DNA of 64,000 nt from Candidatus Elulimicrobium sp. (GTDB lineage Bacteria; Patescibacteriota; Minisyncoccia; Phycocordibacterales; UBA918): assembly GCA_020720815.1 (NCBI GenBank), contig DYNY01000003.1, positions 1,002 through 65,001 of the forward strand. The letters are read 5' to 3'. The number at the start of each line of letters is the position of its first letter. The first letter of the stretch is position 1. The notes beneath the pieces were generated by a model. The model was not told where the DNA came from and made no database searches. It was given only the letters and a program-made list of their open reading frames with translations. Made by a program: the position numbers and the translations under genes. Of the stretch, positions 56,322 to 64,000 are shown in pieces.

Positions 56322-59102
56322 ATGTCACACAATATTACGACCAAAGGCAACAGGAACCAAGGCCAACAAACAGTTGGCCTGACTAAGTTGATTATAATGA
56401 GCAGTCTGGCACTGCTCATTTCCTTTTCACCAGAGACGGCTTTGGCTTGTGGGAATATCATCTCTTGGGATGGTGAAAGTGAGGTGATAGAACCGATTGT
56501 AGATTGCGCTGACCCTTTTAAGGTTACAAATGATCCGCCTTCTCCCTATTCTCTTAGAATAAACGGCACGGTCGTGGCCGATGGCGGTTCGGTGGCCGTG
56601 TCTGAGGTCAAGACAAGTGATATTTTAGTAGAAGGAGAACCATACTTAAATCAGCAAGATTTTTATCTCTATCGTTACGAGGCGGGTAATTATCAGTATG
56701 TACGACAAGAGGCGCCAGTACCGACCTTGAATGATTATCGTGAATTTGCAGTTGGTTATTTCACACTCGCATCTGAAGTGGACTTTTATATAAATATTTT
56801 AAGAGAGGCACAAGAAACGGGGAATACTGATCAGTACTTTTATGACGAATATTTTGTTGAGCTAATAGATGAACAGACAGGAGAGACAATTTATAGTCGT
56901 TATAACAACTTTGTCGCGGCGGCCGATTCATATTTATATTCACTGGTACCGACAATTGGGGTAGGTACTTATACCATGGTGATTGAAGATTCTGAATTGA
57001 TATTTAGTAAGCGGTCAATCTTGCAATACTTTAAAGACCTTATTTTACCAACCACTTTTGCTCAAACTTTTCGTGGTCCCTATATCTATACAATAACTTT
57101 TACCCTGACAGAGCCAATTGAAGAACCACCAACTGGCGCTTCCAGTGTCCTATTTTTACCGGGGATTATGGGTTCAAGACTTTATGAAGATGGGAATTTT
57201 TGTGATAAAGGAGAGGCCCAGTACCAGCTATGGTTCTCGTCTAATGAATGTTATCAGATGCGCCTAACAACAAAGTTTACCGGCCAAAGTAATAATCCTA
57301 TTTATACCAAGCCAGGAGCCGCGGGTATTCTTGATGAAACATTTGGCCTAAACATTTACAAATCATTTATTTCTGATTTAAAAGATTGGAAAGACGAAGA
57401 TATTATTGATGATTACACTGTTGTACCCTATGACTGGCGAGCTGAGTTAGATAATGTACTAAAATCAGGTACCAGGGACGAGACAGGTAACATCTTTGCT
57501 GGGGAAAAGACAACTATCTATGAAGGTAACTTGTATAACCTTATTAAGGAGTTAGCAGACAACTCAAAAAATGGGAAGGTCACGGTTGTGGCTCACTCCA
57601 ATGGTGGTTTAGTCATTAAGCAACTGATAAGTAACCTAAAAAATACTAATGACCCGCTTTTGGATGTAATAGATAATGTAATTTTAGTCGCCGTGCCCCA
57701 ACTGGGGGCACCAAACGCCGCTATTGGCATTCTCCACGGGGAAGATTTGGACCCAGTGATGTCCCAGGCGGTCACTCGTAAACTGATGAACACCATGCCA
57801 TTCTCACACCACTTACTTCCGGTGACTGGTTATTTTGACACGGTGGATACCCCAGTTATTGCGATTGAGCCTGGTGAAGCGACGGATTTGTGGATTAATA
57901 CTTATGGTGGAAGTATTTCTACTCAAGATGACCTACAGAATTTTTTGAGTTTTGACAGTGGAAGAGATAAACCAGAGTTTAATGATCTGGAAAAACCAGA
58001 CGTGGTAGATATTTATTTACTTAACTACGCCAAAACAACAGAAGTGGTTCAAGGTAACTTTGTCCCAACAGCCGGGATGAAAGTGTATCAAATCGCTGGA
58101 GTCGGTTTAGAGACACCGACCAGCCTGGTCTATTTCTCAGATAAAGAGTGCACAAAAAGAAGTTTCTTTTTGTGCACCGAATACAGTCCTAAAATAAGCT
58201 ATCGGGTAGAGATGACAATTGATGGTGATGATACCGTTCCGGTTCCTAGTGCACTGGCTTTGGCAGAAGACTTGAAAGTGAACAGGATGTGGTTAGATTT
58301 TCTTACTTATAATAATGAGTCATTTATAAATCGCCAGCATAAAGATTTTTTCGAAGTGCCAGACGTTAGTAATTTTGTGTCAAATATAATCCAAGCCACT
58401 AATACTAAAACCTACGACTATCTGTCAGATTCTGTGCCAGAGTTAGATGAGGGAGAAAGATTAGTTTTTCAGCTACATTCACCATTAGATATGCTGATAG
58501 AAAGTAGTGATGGAAAGACAGTGAGTAGTTCGACCAATGAGATAGAAGGTTCAGTTTATCGAAGATTTGGCGAATTGCAGTACATTTCTATCCCCGCTGA
58601 TGAAAATGCGACGTTAGTCTTAAACGGTCTGGCCGAAGGTTCCTTCACTCTAGATATAGAGGAGGTGGCTGGGGAAGAAAGGACGCGTCATACATATAGC
58701 GCTATTCCGTCTAGCACTAGTACTCAAGTGACATTAGAAATTGATAGTAGTATCGTGATAGAAAATTCTATTTTGGAAATTGACTACGACGGAGATGGGG
58801 AGGAAGACGTTTTATATAATACTTCTGGTGTAGTAAAAGAAGAAGTCACCTATAAAGATTTATATGAAACTATTAATAACCTAGGACTGAAGAGAGCTCC
58901 TAGGATGGTTCTGCTTGAATTAGCAAAAATAGCCGAAAAGTTTCACGACAAAGCAGTCAAGAATAAAAGATATCTTAAGTTAGAAAAAGTGAGCCTGGGT
59001 TTGTTGGTGAAGCAAGTTATTCTATTTGAGAGAATTAAGTTAATCAGTCTGGATCAAAGAAGAGAGGTTGAAGGTGTTATTACTAAGTTATTAAATAAAT
59101 AG
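56322..59102 (+). CDS. Large secreted lipase/LCAT-like alpha/beta hydrolase
   Basis: FLPGIMGS, PYDWR, VAHSNGG, VP.LGAP, DGDDTVP, H in QHKD. Confidence 0.82.
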   Translation: MSHNITTKGNRNQGQQTVGLTKLIIMSSLALLISFSPETALACGNIISWDGESEVIEPIVDCADPFKVTNDPPSPYSLRINGTVVADGGSVAVSEVKTSDILVEGEPYLNQQDFYLYRYEAGNYQYVRQEAPVPTLNDYREFAVGYFTLASEVDFYINILREAQETGNTDQYFYDEYFVELIDEQTGETIYSRYNNFVAAADSYLYSLVPTIGVGTYTMVIEDSELIFSKRSILQYFKDLILPTTFAQTFRGPYIYTITFTLTEPIEEPPTGASSVLFLPGIMGSRLYEDGNFCDKGEAQYQLWFSSNECYQMRLTTKFTGQSNNPIYTKPGAAGILDETFGLNIYKSFISDLKDWKDEDIIDDYTVVPYDWRAELDNVLKSGTRDETGNIFAGEKTTIYEGNLYNLIKELADNSKNGKVTVVAHSNGGLVIKQLISNLKNTNDPLLDVIDNVILVAVPQLGAPNAAIGILHGEDLDPVMSQAVTRKLMNTMPFSHHLLPVTGYFDTVDTPVIAIEPGEATDLWINTYGGSISTQDDLQNFLSFDSGRDKPEFNDLEKPDVVDIYLLNYAKTTEVVQGNFVPTAGMKVYQIAGVGLETPTSLVYFSDKECTKRSFFLCTEYSPKISYRVEMTIDGDDTVPVPSALALAEDLKVNRMWLDFLTYNNESFINRQHKDFFEVPDVSNFVSNIIQATNTKTYDYLSDSVPELDEGERLVFQLHSPLDMLIESSDGKTVSSSTNEIEGSVYRRFGELQYISIPADENATLVLNGLAEGSFTLDIEEVAGEERTRHTYSAIPSSTSTQVTLEIDSSIVIENSILEIDYDGDGEEDVLYNTSGVVKEEVTYKDLYETINNLGLKRAPRMVLLELAKIAEKFHDKAVKNKRYLKLEKVSLGLLVKQVILFERIKLISLDQRREVEGVITKLLNK

Positions 59103-59104
59103 GT

Positions 59105-59500
59105 ATGAATTTAAAAAAAGTAATTTTGTTACCATCATTAGTAGGGACTTTGTTGCTATACTTTCTATTTAATACTCGTGAATTAGGTTTGTGTAACATA
59201 TACTGCGGTTCTGGAATTAATAATTATCAAGATATCTTTATTTTCTTCCCAGTCATTCTCTTTTTCTCTTTGGTTACCTATAAGCTCAAACCCGAAGTAT
59301 TTATTGCTTGGTGGAGATTTGCTCGATTAGCTATACCAGCTGTCTTTGTTGGTTTATTTATCATTAGCTTAGAATTGCATCATAACCCGGGAGGTTGGTT
59401 TAATTTTGATGAAGCAAAAGACATGTTTATGTATTTTGTTATCTATGGAATTTTCGTCATAGGATCTTTCATCCAAATCTACCGGGGGTATAAAAAATAA
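59105..59500 (+). CDS. Four-TM membrane protein coupled to the lipase gene
   Basis: Starts 2 nt after the lipase stop; hydrophobic. Confidence 0.7.
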   Translation: MNLKKVILLPSLVGTLLLYFLFNTRELGLCNIYCGSGINNYQDIFIFFPVILFFSLVTYKLKPEVFIAWWRFARLAIPAVFVGLFIISLELHHNPGGWFNFDEAKDMFMYFVIYGIFVIGSFIQIYRGYKK

Positions 59501-59529
59501 ATGATGGGGATGTTATACTACTGGCGTGC

Positions 59530-59631
59530 ATGTTCAACAAAACCTTTTATAAGTTTCTGATGAATTTTGTCGCGGTGGTGGCGGCTGTCCTATTTTTTAT
59601 TTTGATAGTGGGGCTCGGGGTGGGGAGTTAA
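59530..59631 (+). CDS. Putative 33-aa single-TM peptide
   Basis: MFNKTFYKFLMNFVAVVAAVLFFILIVGLGVGS; tgttatact -10 upstream. Confidence 0.5.
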   Translation: MFNKTFYKFLMNFVAVVAAVLFFILIVGLGVGS

Positions 59632-59637
59632 TAACGT

Positions 59638-60099
59638 ATGATAAAGATAACGGATCAATATTTTTGGAATTTTGTTTTTCTATCCTTCTTTGGGTTTCTT
59701 TTAATCATGGCCACGATTATCCTTGATACCGAAAGCCGAATTCCGCTCTCTGAATTATCTAAATTTGATCTCGCTGTTATAATTTTGGCGTCGTGGCGAC
59801 TAACCCGACTATTTACTTCCGATATTACTACCAAATTTTTCCGTGAACAATTCTATGACCTGAAGAAAACCGCTCGCACTATTACCTTAGAAAAACCCCC
59901 AACCGGACCAAGACGCACCATCCTTGACATCATTCTTTCTCCGTGGAGCTTTGGGATTGGGATGACGGCCCTCGTTACTTTTTGTTACTTGATTTCTGCC
60001 TATACAGTCTACGTATTATTACTCTTGGCTTTGTCCGGCTTGGTGGCCCTCCTTGAGGTGTGTACACAATATTTGACGGCCAAAGGGAAGGAGGAGTAG
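59638..60099 (+). CDS. DUF1360-like membrane protein
   Basis: LASWRLTRLF..D.....FR; SPWS at the usual CPWC position. Confidence 0.7.
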   Translation: MIKITDQYFWNFVFLSFFGFLLIMATIILDTESRIPLSELSKFDLAVIILASWRLTRLFTSDITTKFFREQFYDLKKTARTITLEKPPTGPRRTILDIILSPWSFGIGMTALVTFCYLISAYTVYVLLLLALSGLVALLEVCTQYLTAKGKEE

Positions 60100-60110
60100 G
60101 CTTCTAGGAT

Positions 60111-60506
60111 ATGAAAATATCCGAAAATTGTCACGAGATGTTACTAAATGCCGAAGGTAAAGCTTTAGCTACGTATAGTCAAGAGACTGGCGTGCACGTC
60201 GTGCCGATTTCTAGTATTAAGGTGGATGGAGATAATATTATTTTGGTCAACTATTTTTTTGGTGCTACCCTACGCAATATTAATAATGACCCACATGTCG
60301 CTTTAGCTGCATGGATTGGACTTAAAGGGTATCAAATAAAAGCGACGGCCATAGAAGAGAAGGAAGGGGAACGATTTGAAGCGGTCGTGAAATGGATTGC
60401 GGAAACTATTCCTGGTTGGGTGGTAAAAAGTATTTTGGTTTTGACCCCAACGCGAATATTTGATGTGAGCGCTGGAGCCGAGGCAGGGAAGGAAGTGTTT
60501 GAGTAA
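60111..60506 (+). CDS. Pyridoxamine 5'-phosphate oxidase-like FMN-binding protein
   Basis: LAT....G.HVVPI, T..NI..P.VAL, GYQIK. Confidence 0.8.
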   Translation: MKISENCHEMLLNAEGKALATYSQETGVHVVPISSIKVDGDNIILVNYFFGATLRNINNDPHVALAAWIGLKGYQIKATAIEEKEGERFEAVVKWIAETIPGWVVKSILVLTPTRIFDVSAGAEAGKEVFE

Positions 60507-60575
60507 GTGTCCAAGGTAAAAGCCGGTCGAGGCGTCTGCCTCGACCGGCTTTTATAGCATTTGGTCAATTTTTTG

Positions 60576-60646
60576 TCGGGCTAGGCGGAATCGAACCACC
60601 ACCACACACACCCCATGCGTGCACACTACCACTATGCTATAGCCCG
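60576..60646 (-). tRNA. tRNA-Pro(GGG), CCA not encoded
   Basis: Reverse complement CGGGCTATAGCATAGTGGTAGTGTGCACGCATGGGGTGTGTGTGGTGGTGGTTCGATTCCGCCTAGCCCGA. Confidence 0.9.
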
Positions 60647-60794
60647 AAATCAGTCTAGAAGACTGATTTAGTTGAGTACAATACAGTACTCAAATATTAT
60701 GTTATTCGAAAACAATCTACACACTGAAACCTTATTCGGAAAATCGATTATACAGCCTATTTACATTACATTCCAATCTGGTATAGTGCAAAGC

Positions 60795-60925
60795 GACAGG
60801 CTCATGACAGCTGGTCGCACGAAAGTGCGGTAATGACTATAAAATAGTCGCCCGCCGAGGTCCAATCTCTTATGTATTGGGGTCGAAGCCTATGACACAA
60901 CATTTTGTTGTGTCCGTGGCCTGTA
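60795..60925 (+). ncRNA. Ribosomal protein L10 leader
   Basis: gacagctggtcg...taa...cccgccgagg core upstream of rplJ, closed by acaggc/gcctgt. Confidence 0.65.
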
Positions 60926-60954
60926 TTTATTAGCACTTTTACACTATAGACATC

Positions 60955-61437
60955 ATGGCCATTAATAAAGCCAAGAAGCAAGACATTCTCGTTAAACTGG
61001 AAACTGTTCGCGAGAGTGCAGATTCAATTGTGTTTGTGCACTACAAGGGTCTTTCCGTAGCCAACACGACTGCTATGCGTAAGGAATTACGTGAGAAGGG
61101 AGTAGGTTACTTTGTTGCCAAGAAGACCCTTATGGAACGAGCATTTGGTTCTACCTTTACCGGTACAATGCCAACTCTCGATGGTGAAATTGCTATCGCT
61201 TATAGTGAAGATGCAATTGCTCCAGCTCAGAACATCAAAGAATTCAGTACCAAATTCAAGGATAATATATCTATCGTTGGAGGAGTGTTCCAAGGAGTAT
61301 TCAAGAATCAGGATGAGATGACAGCTATCGCTTCAATCCCACCACTACAGACTCTGCGAGGTATGTTTGCTCAACTTCTAAATTCACCACGACAGCGTTT
61401 TGCGGTGGTACTTAGCGCAGTTGCTGAGACTAAGTAG
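60955..61437 (+). CDS. rplJ: 50S ribosomal protein L10
   Basis: YKGLSVA....RKELR, VAKKTL, IASIP. Confidence 0.95.
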   Translation: MAINKAKKQDILVKLETVRESADSIVFVHYKGLSVANTTAMRKELREKGVGYFVAKKTLMERAFGSTFTGTMPTLDGEIAIAYSEDAIAPAQNIKEFSTKFKDNISIVGGVFQGVFKNQDEMTAIASIPPLQTLRGMFAQLLNSPRQRFAVVLSAVAETK

Positions 61438-61488
61438 AAATTGCAGGACGTCTCCAACATTTCCATTATCTAAATTTAATTAATCAAC

Positions 61489-61848
61489 ATGACACACGAA
61501 CAAATTATCGAAGCGGTTGAGAAGATGACTGTACTTGAGCTAAACGACTTAGTAAAGACGATTGAGGAAAAGTGGGGAGTTTCTGCTACAGCCGTAGCAG
61601 TAGCTGGTCCAGTGGCTGCTGGCGCTGCTGAAGAGCAATCAGAATTCACTGTAGAGCTTACCGAAGCTGGTGCTCAGAAGATTGCTGTTATCAAGGTAGT
61701 TAAGGAAGTACTTGGTCTAGGACTTAAGGAAGCTAAGGATCTCGTTGATGCTGCCCCCTCAGTTGTTAAGGAAGGTATGAAGAAGGAAGACGCTGAAACC
61801 CTAAAGGCCAAGCTTGAAGAAGCTGGAGCAAAAATAACATTGAAATAA
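61489..61848 (+). CDS. rplL: 50S ribosomal protein L7/L12
   Basis: [35 protein letters not shown]. Confidence 0.97.
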   Translation: MTHEQIIEAVEKMTVLELNDLVKTIEEKWGVSATAVAVAGPVAAGAAEEQSEFTVELTEAGAQKIAVIKVVKEVLGLGLKEAKDLVDAAPSVVKEGMKKEDAETLKAKLEEAGAKITLK

Positions 61849-61954
61849 TACAAAGTAATTTTAAACAAACCGGCAACAACTTTAGTGTTGCCGGTTTTGT
61901 GTTGTATAAAAAAGCAACTGCCCTGCTAGGGCAGGGCAGTAAGGCGTAACTAGT

Positions 61955-62176
61955 TCAAGTCTCATCGGCCGTCATGGTGTACCAGACGTCGTCTGGAGGT
62001 ATCCGGGCTTGCACCCGACCTTCCCCGATGACTGTAGGTCCACCATCTTCTCCAAGTGAGGTCACCCCTGGAAGTGAAAAGCTACCATGTTCCGGTGATC
62101 TGGTCACATACTTGGGAGTGTCTCCGACACACTTGTGTGTCGGGGAATTAACTATTTCTTTCCTCTTTATTGGCAT
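61955..62176 (-). CDS. Putative orphan protein
   Basis: AGGAG SD; GC-richer; hairpin downstream. Confidence 0.4.
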   Translation of the reverse strand: MPIKRKEIVNSPTHKCVGDTPKYVTRSPEHGSFSLPGVTSLGEDGGPTVIGEGRVQARIPPDDVWYTMTADET

Positions 62177-62358
62177 TCTGTTCTCCTGATCCCATCAATT
62201 TAATCGGTTGATGATTTACCGTGTACTAACAGCCTATAATATATAACCTTTTTTGCTAAAATAAAAACCACTTATTCTTTTTTGCTATCAAATCATGGTA
62301 AAAAGCAAATCCTGCGAATGGGGATTCGCAGGATGGGTTGGGGTGTACTGGTGTCAGT

Positions 62359-62733
62359 TTAGGAAGGCATCGCCTGTTTGATTGCTTGGGCGATGTCGAC
62401 GCTGGTGAAAGGCTTCGTGATGAAACCCGCTACTGTAAGTTCACTGGCTTCTAGCTTGGTCTTTTCGTCATTCAAGCTTGTAACCATGAAGACAGGAAAT
62501 GACCAGCGTCCAAGACCGGTACGGATCTCCCTCAACAATTCTAGACCAGTCATCTCTGGCATTTCGACGTCGGTGAAGACTGCTTGAAAGTCTTGCTCAT
62601 GCAAAAGAAGCAGTGCTTCGTGGCCATTGTTGACCATGCTTACTTCATACCCGAGTTTGTACAGGACTTGGTAAAGAATTATTCGGCATACCTCATCGTC
62701 ATCGACGATGAGAACTCTAGATAGTGGTTCCAT
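62359..62733 (-). CDS. Stand-alone response regulator receiver (CheY-like)
   Basis: VLIVDDD, TDVEMPEMTG, MVTS, FITKPF; AGGAG SD. Confidence 0.92.
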   Translation of the reverse strand: MEPLSRVLIVDDDEVCRIILYQVLYKLGYEVSMVNNGHEALLLLHEQDFQAVFTDVEMPEMTGLELLREIRTGLGRWSFPVFMVTSLNDEKTKLEASELTVAGFITKPFTSVDIAQAIKQAMPS

Positions 62734-62911
62734 TGTGTAGTCTCCTGGTGGTTGGGTGGTGAAGAACTATGTTTCCTATTTAACTTACATTAAGCAACGA
62801 AAATGTCAATCTGTATAGGCAAATAAAATCAAAGTTTACTTTACGACACACCCCGTTTTTCTGTCCAGATTTGTGGATAAGTGGATTATGTTATACTCAG
62901 CGAAATTCAGT

Positions 62912-63547
62912 ATGTCAGACCCGCTTTCGATTCTTTTTGGTAGTACGGCTCGTGTTAAACTCCTGCGGTTTTTTCTATTTAATCCCTCTAAAGAATTTAC
63001 CTTTGATGAAATAAGTAAGCGGGCAAGGTTGGTTCGTCGCACTGCTCGCACTGAAATTTCTGCTCTGGAAAAGGCAGAGGTAATAGTGAAGAGAACAGTC
63101 TATGTTGATCAGCCAGGCAAAGATAAGAAACTAAAAGCACTGGGCTTTGCGGTAAATAAAAAGTTTCCCGAGCTACAAGCCTTGCAAACATTTCTGTTTG
63201 AAACAGCTCCGATTGATGGCAAGAATCTACTTAGTCATTTGCGTAAAGCGGGGACGATTGATTTCTTGGTGGTGGCTGGAGTGTTTGTGCGCGAGTTTGA
63301 ACAACAACTTGATGTCTTGATTGCGATGAAGAAAGTCTCGCAAGCAAAAATTGAAAGTGCTATACGATCGCTCGAAGCTGAGATTGGAATTGAGATTCGT
63401 TTTGCAGTGATGACTTCTGATGATCTCTTATACCGAGTAGGGATGAATGATAAGCTAGCGCGTGATTTATTTGATTACAAGCATCAAATACTAGTAGATA
63501 AAATTGGTGTACGGGATGAACGGCACAATGGTTCGTATCCGGGGTAG
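62912..63547 (+). CDS. Winged-HTH protein with degenerate nucleotidyltransferase-like C-domain
   Basis: LFGSTARVKLLRFF, EISALEK; AGVF...LDVLI, E.EIG.EIRF. Confidence 0.7.
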   Translation: MSDPLSILFGSTARVKLLRFFLFNPSKEFTFDEISKRARLVRRTARTEISALEKAEVIVKRTVYVDQPGKDKKLKALGFAVNKKFPELQALQTFLFETAPIDGKNLLSHLRKAGTIDFLVVAGVFVREFEQQLDVLIAMKKVSQAKIESAIRSLEAEIGIEIRFAVMTSDDLLYRVGMNDKLARDLFDYKHQILVDKIGVRDERHNGSYPG

Positions 63548-63707
63548 TTAAGACAGCTATATACAGAAGCGTTTTATTATGTACTCTAAAGTTAATAAAT
63601 GCTTATAAATTAATACTAATTGGCTTAGGTAAACACTATTGTTTACCTGGGTATAAACCTGTGGATAGAACTGTAGACAAAAGGACTAGTTTGACCACAG
63701 TAAATAC

Positions 63708-63735
63708 TTGACTTTATTTTTTGATTGTATACAAT
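63708..63735 (+). promoter_or_regulatory. Sigma70 promoter with GC-rich discriminator, followed by a structured leader running off the window
   Basis: TTGACT-16-TACAAT-ggcgcc. Confidence 0.55.
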
Positions 63736-64000
63736 GGCGCCTACGTATTTATGAGATTTGGAAATCAAGCAAGCTAACCCGGTAAGAACTTCGCTTTGCG
63801 AGTTTCCTGCCGCGGTAACGCGGTCTTTTTTATCCAGAAATCAAGGGGGTACGCGATCATCGACAGATCCCACGATTAAGCGAAAAGCATTTTAAGTTTA
63901 CTTGAAATGACAAGTACTTTAGTCACACGTGGGAGTTGTATGGTAAAACATACAATCGCATATTCTAGGGGTCAGATTTGATAAGGTCTGACCCTGAAAA

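Overview
Core-genome stretch of a small-genome bacterium using genetic code 11, most likely Patescibacteria/Parcubacteria (CPR). This is inferred from rplK with no adjacent rplA, AT-rich SD-less or leaderless starts, an alpha2-type GlyRS, a divergent EF-P loop and many secreted orphan proteins. Bases ~1-8180 are an accessory region ending at tRNA-His: Hsp20, a chimeric SET-domain ORF, an IS200 remnant, and three Msr genes around an XRE regulator. Next come mscL, an NrdBi/NrdAi (class Id-like) ribonucleotide reductase, secE-nusG-rplK, a folA/CYTH-dcd-thyA-glyA thymidylate cluster, argS, ileS (with a His-phosphatase insertion), recO, glyQS, metG, a palindrome-bounded TrpR-like gene and tatD. The right half holds envelope genes, rpsF-ssb-rpsR, efp, an ECF sigma, ftsK-recA, an HTH gene in a motif array, an S-layer-like gene with a ~620-nt structured leader, a REP-associated transposase, a Phd-RelE TA pair, a lipase-like gene, tRNA-Pro and rplJL. 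Best candidates for new biology: (1) a dTMP module with a CYTH enzyme where dUTPase would be expected and a ThyA with remodelled phosphate-binding motifs; (2) a TrpR-like gene exactly bracketed by identical perfect palindromes; (3) an RNR whose alpha subunit lacks its C-terminal Cys pair while the ATP-cone on beta gains two Cys; (4) an XRE/Msr regulon with three operators; (5) a candidate anti-SD sRNA. All calls come from motif recognition by eye; no searches or computations were run.
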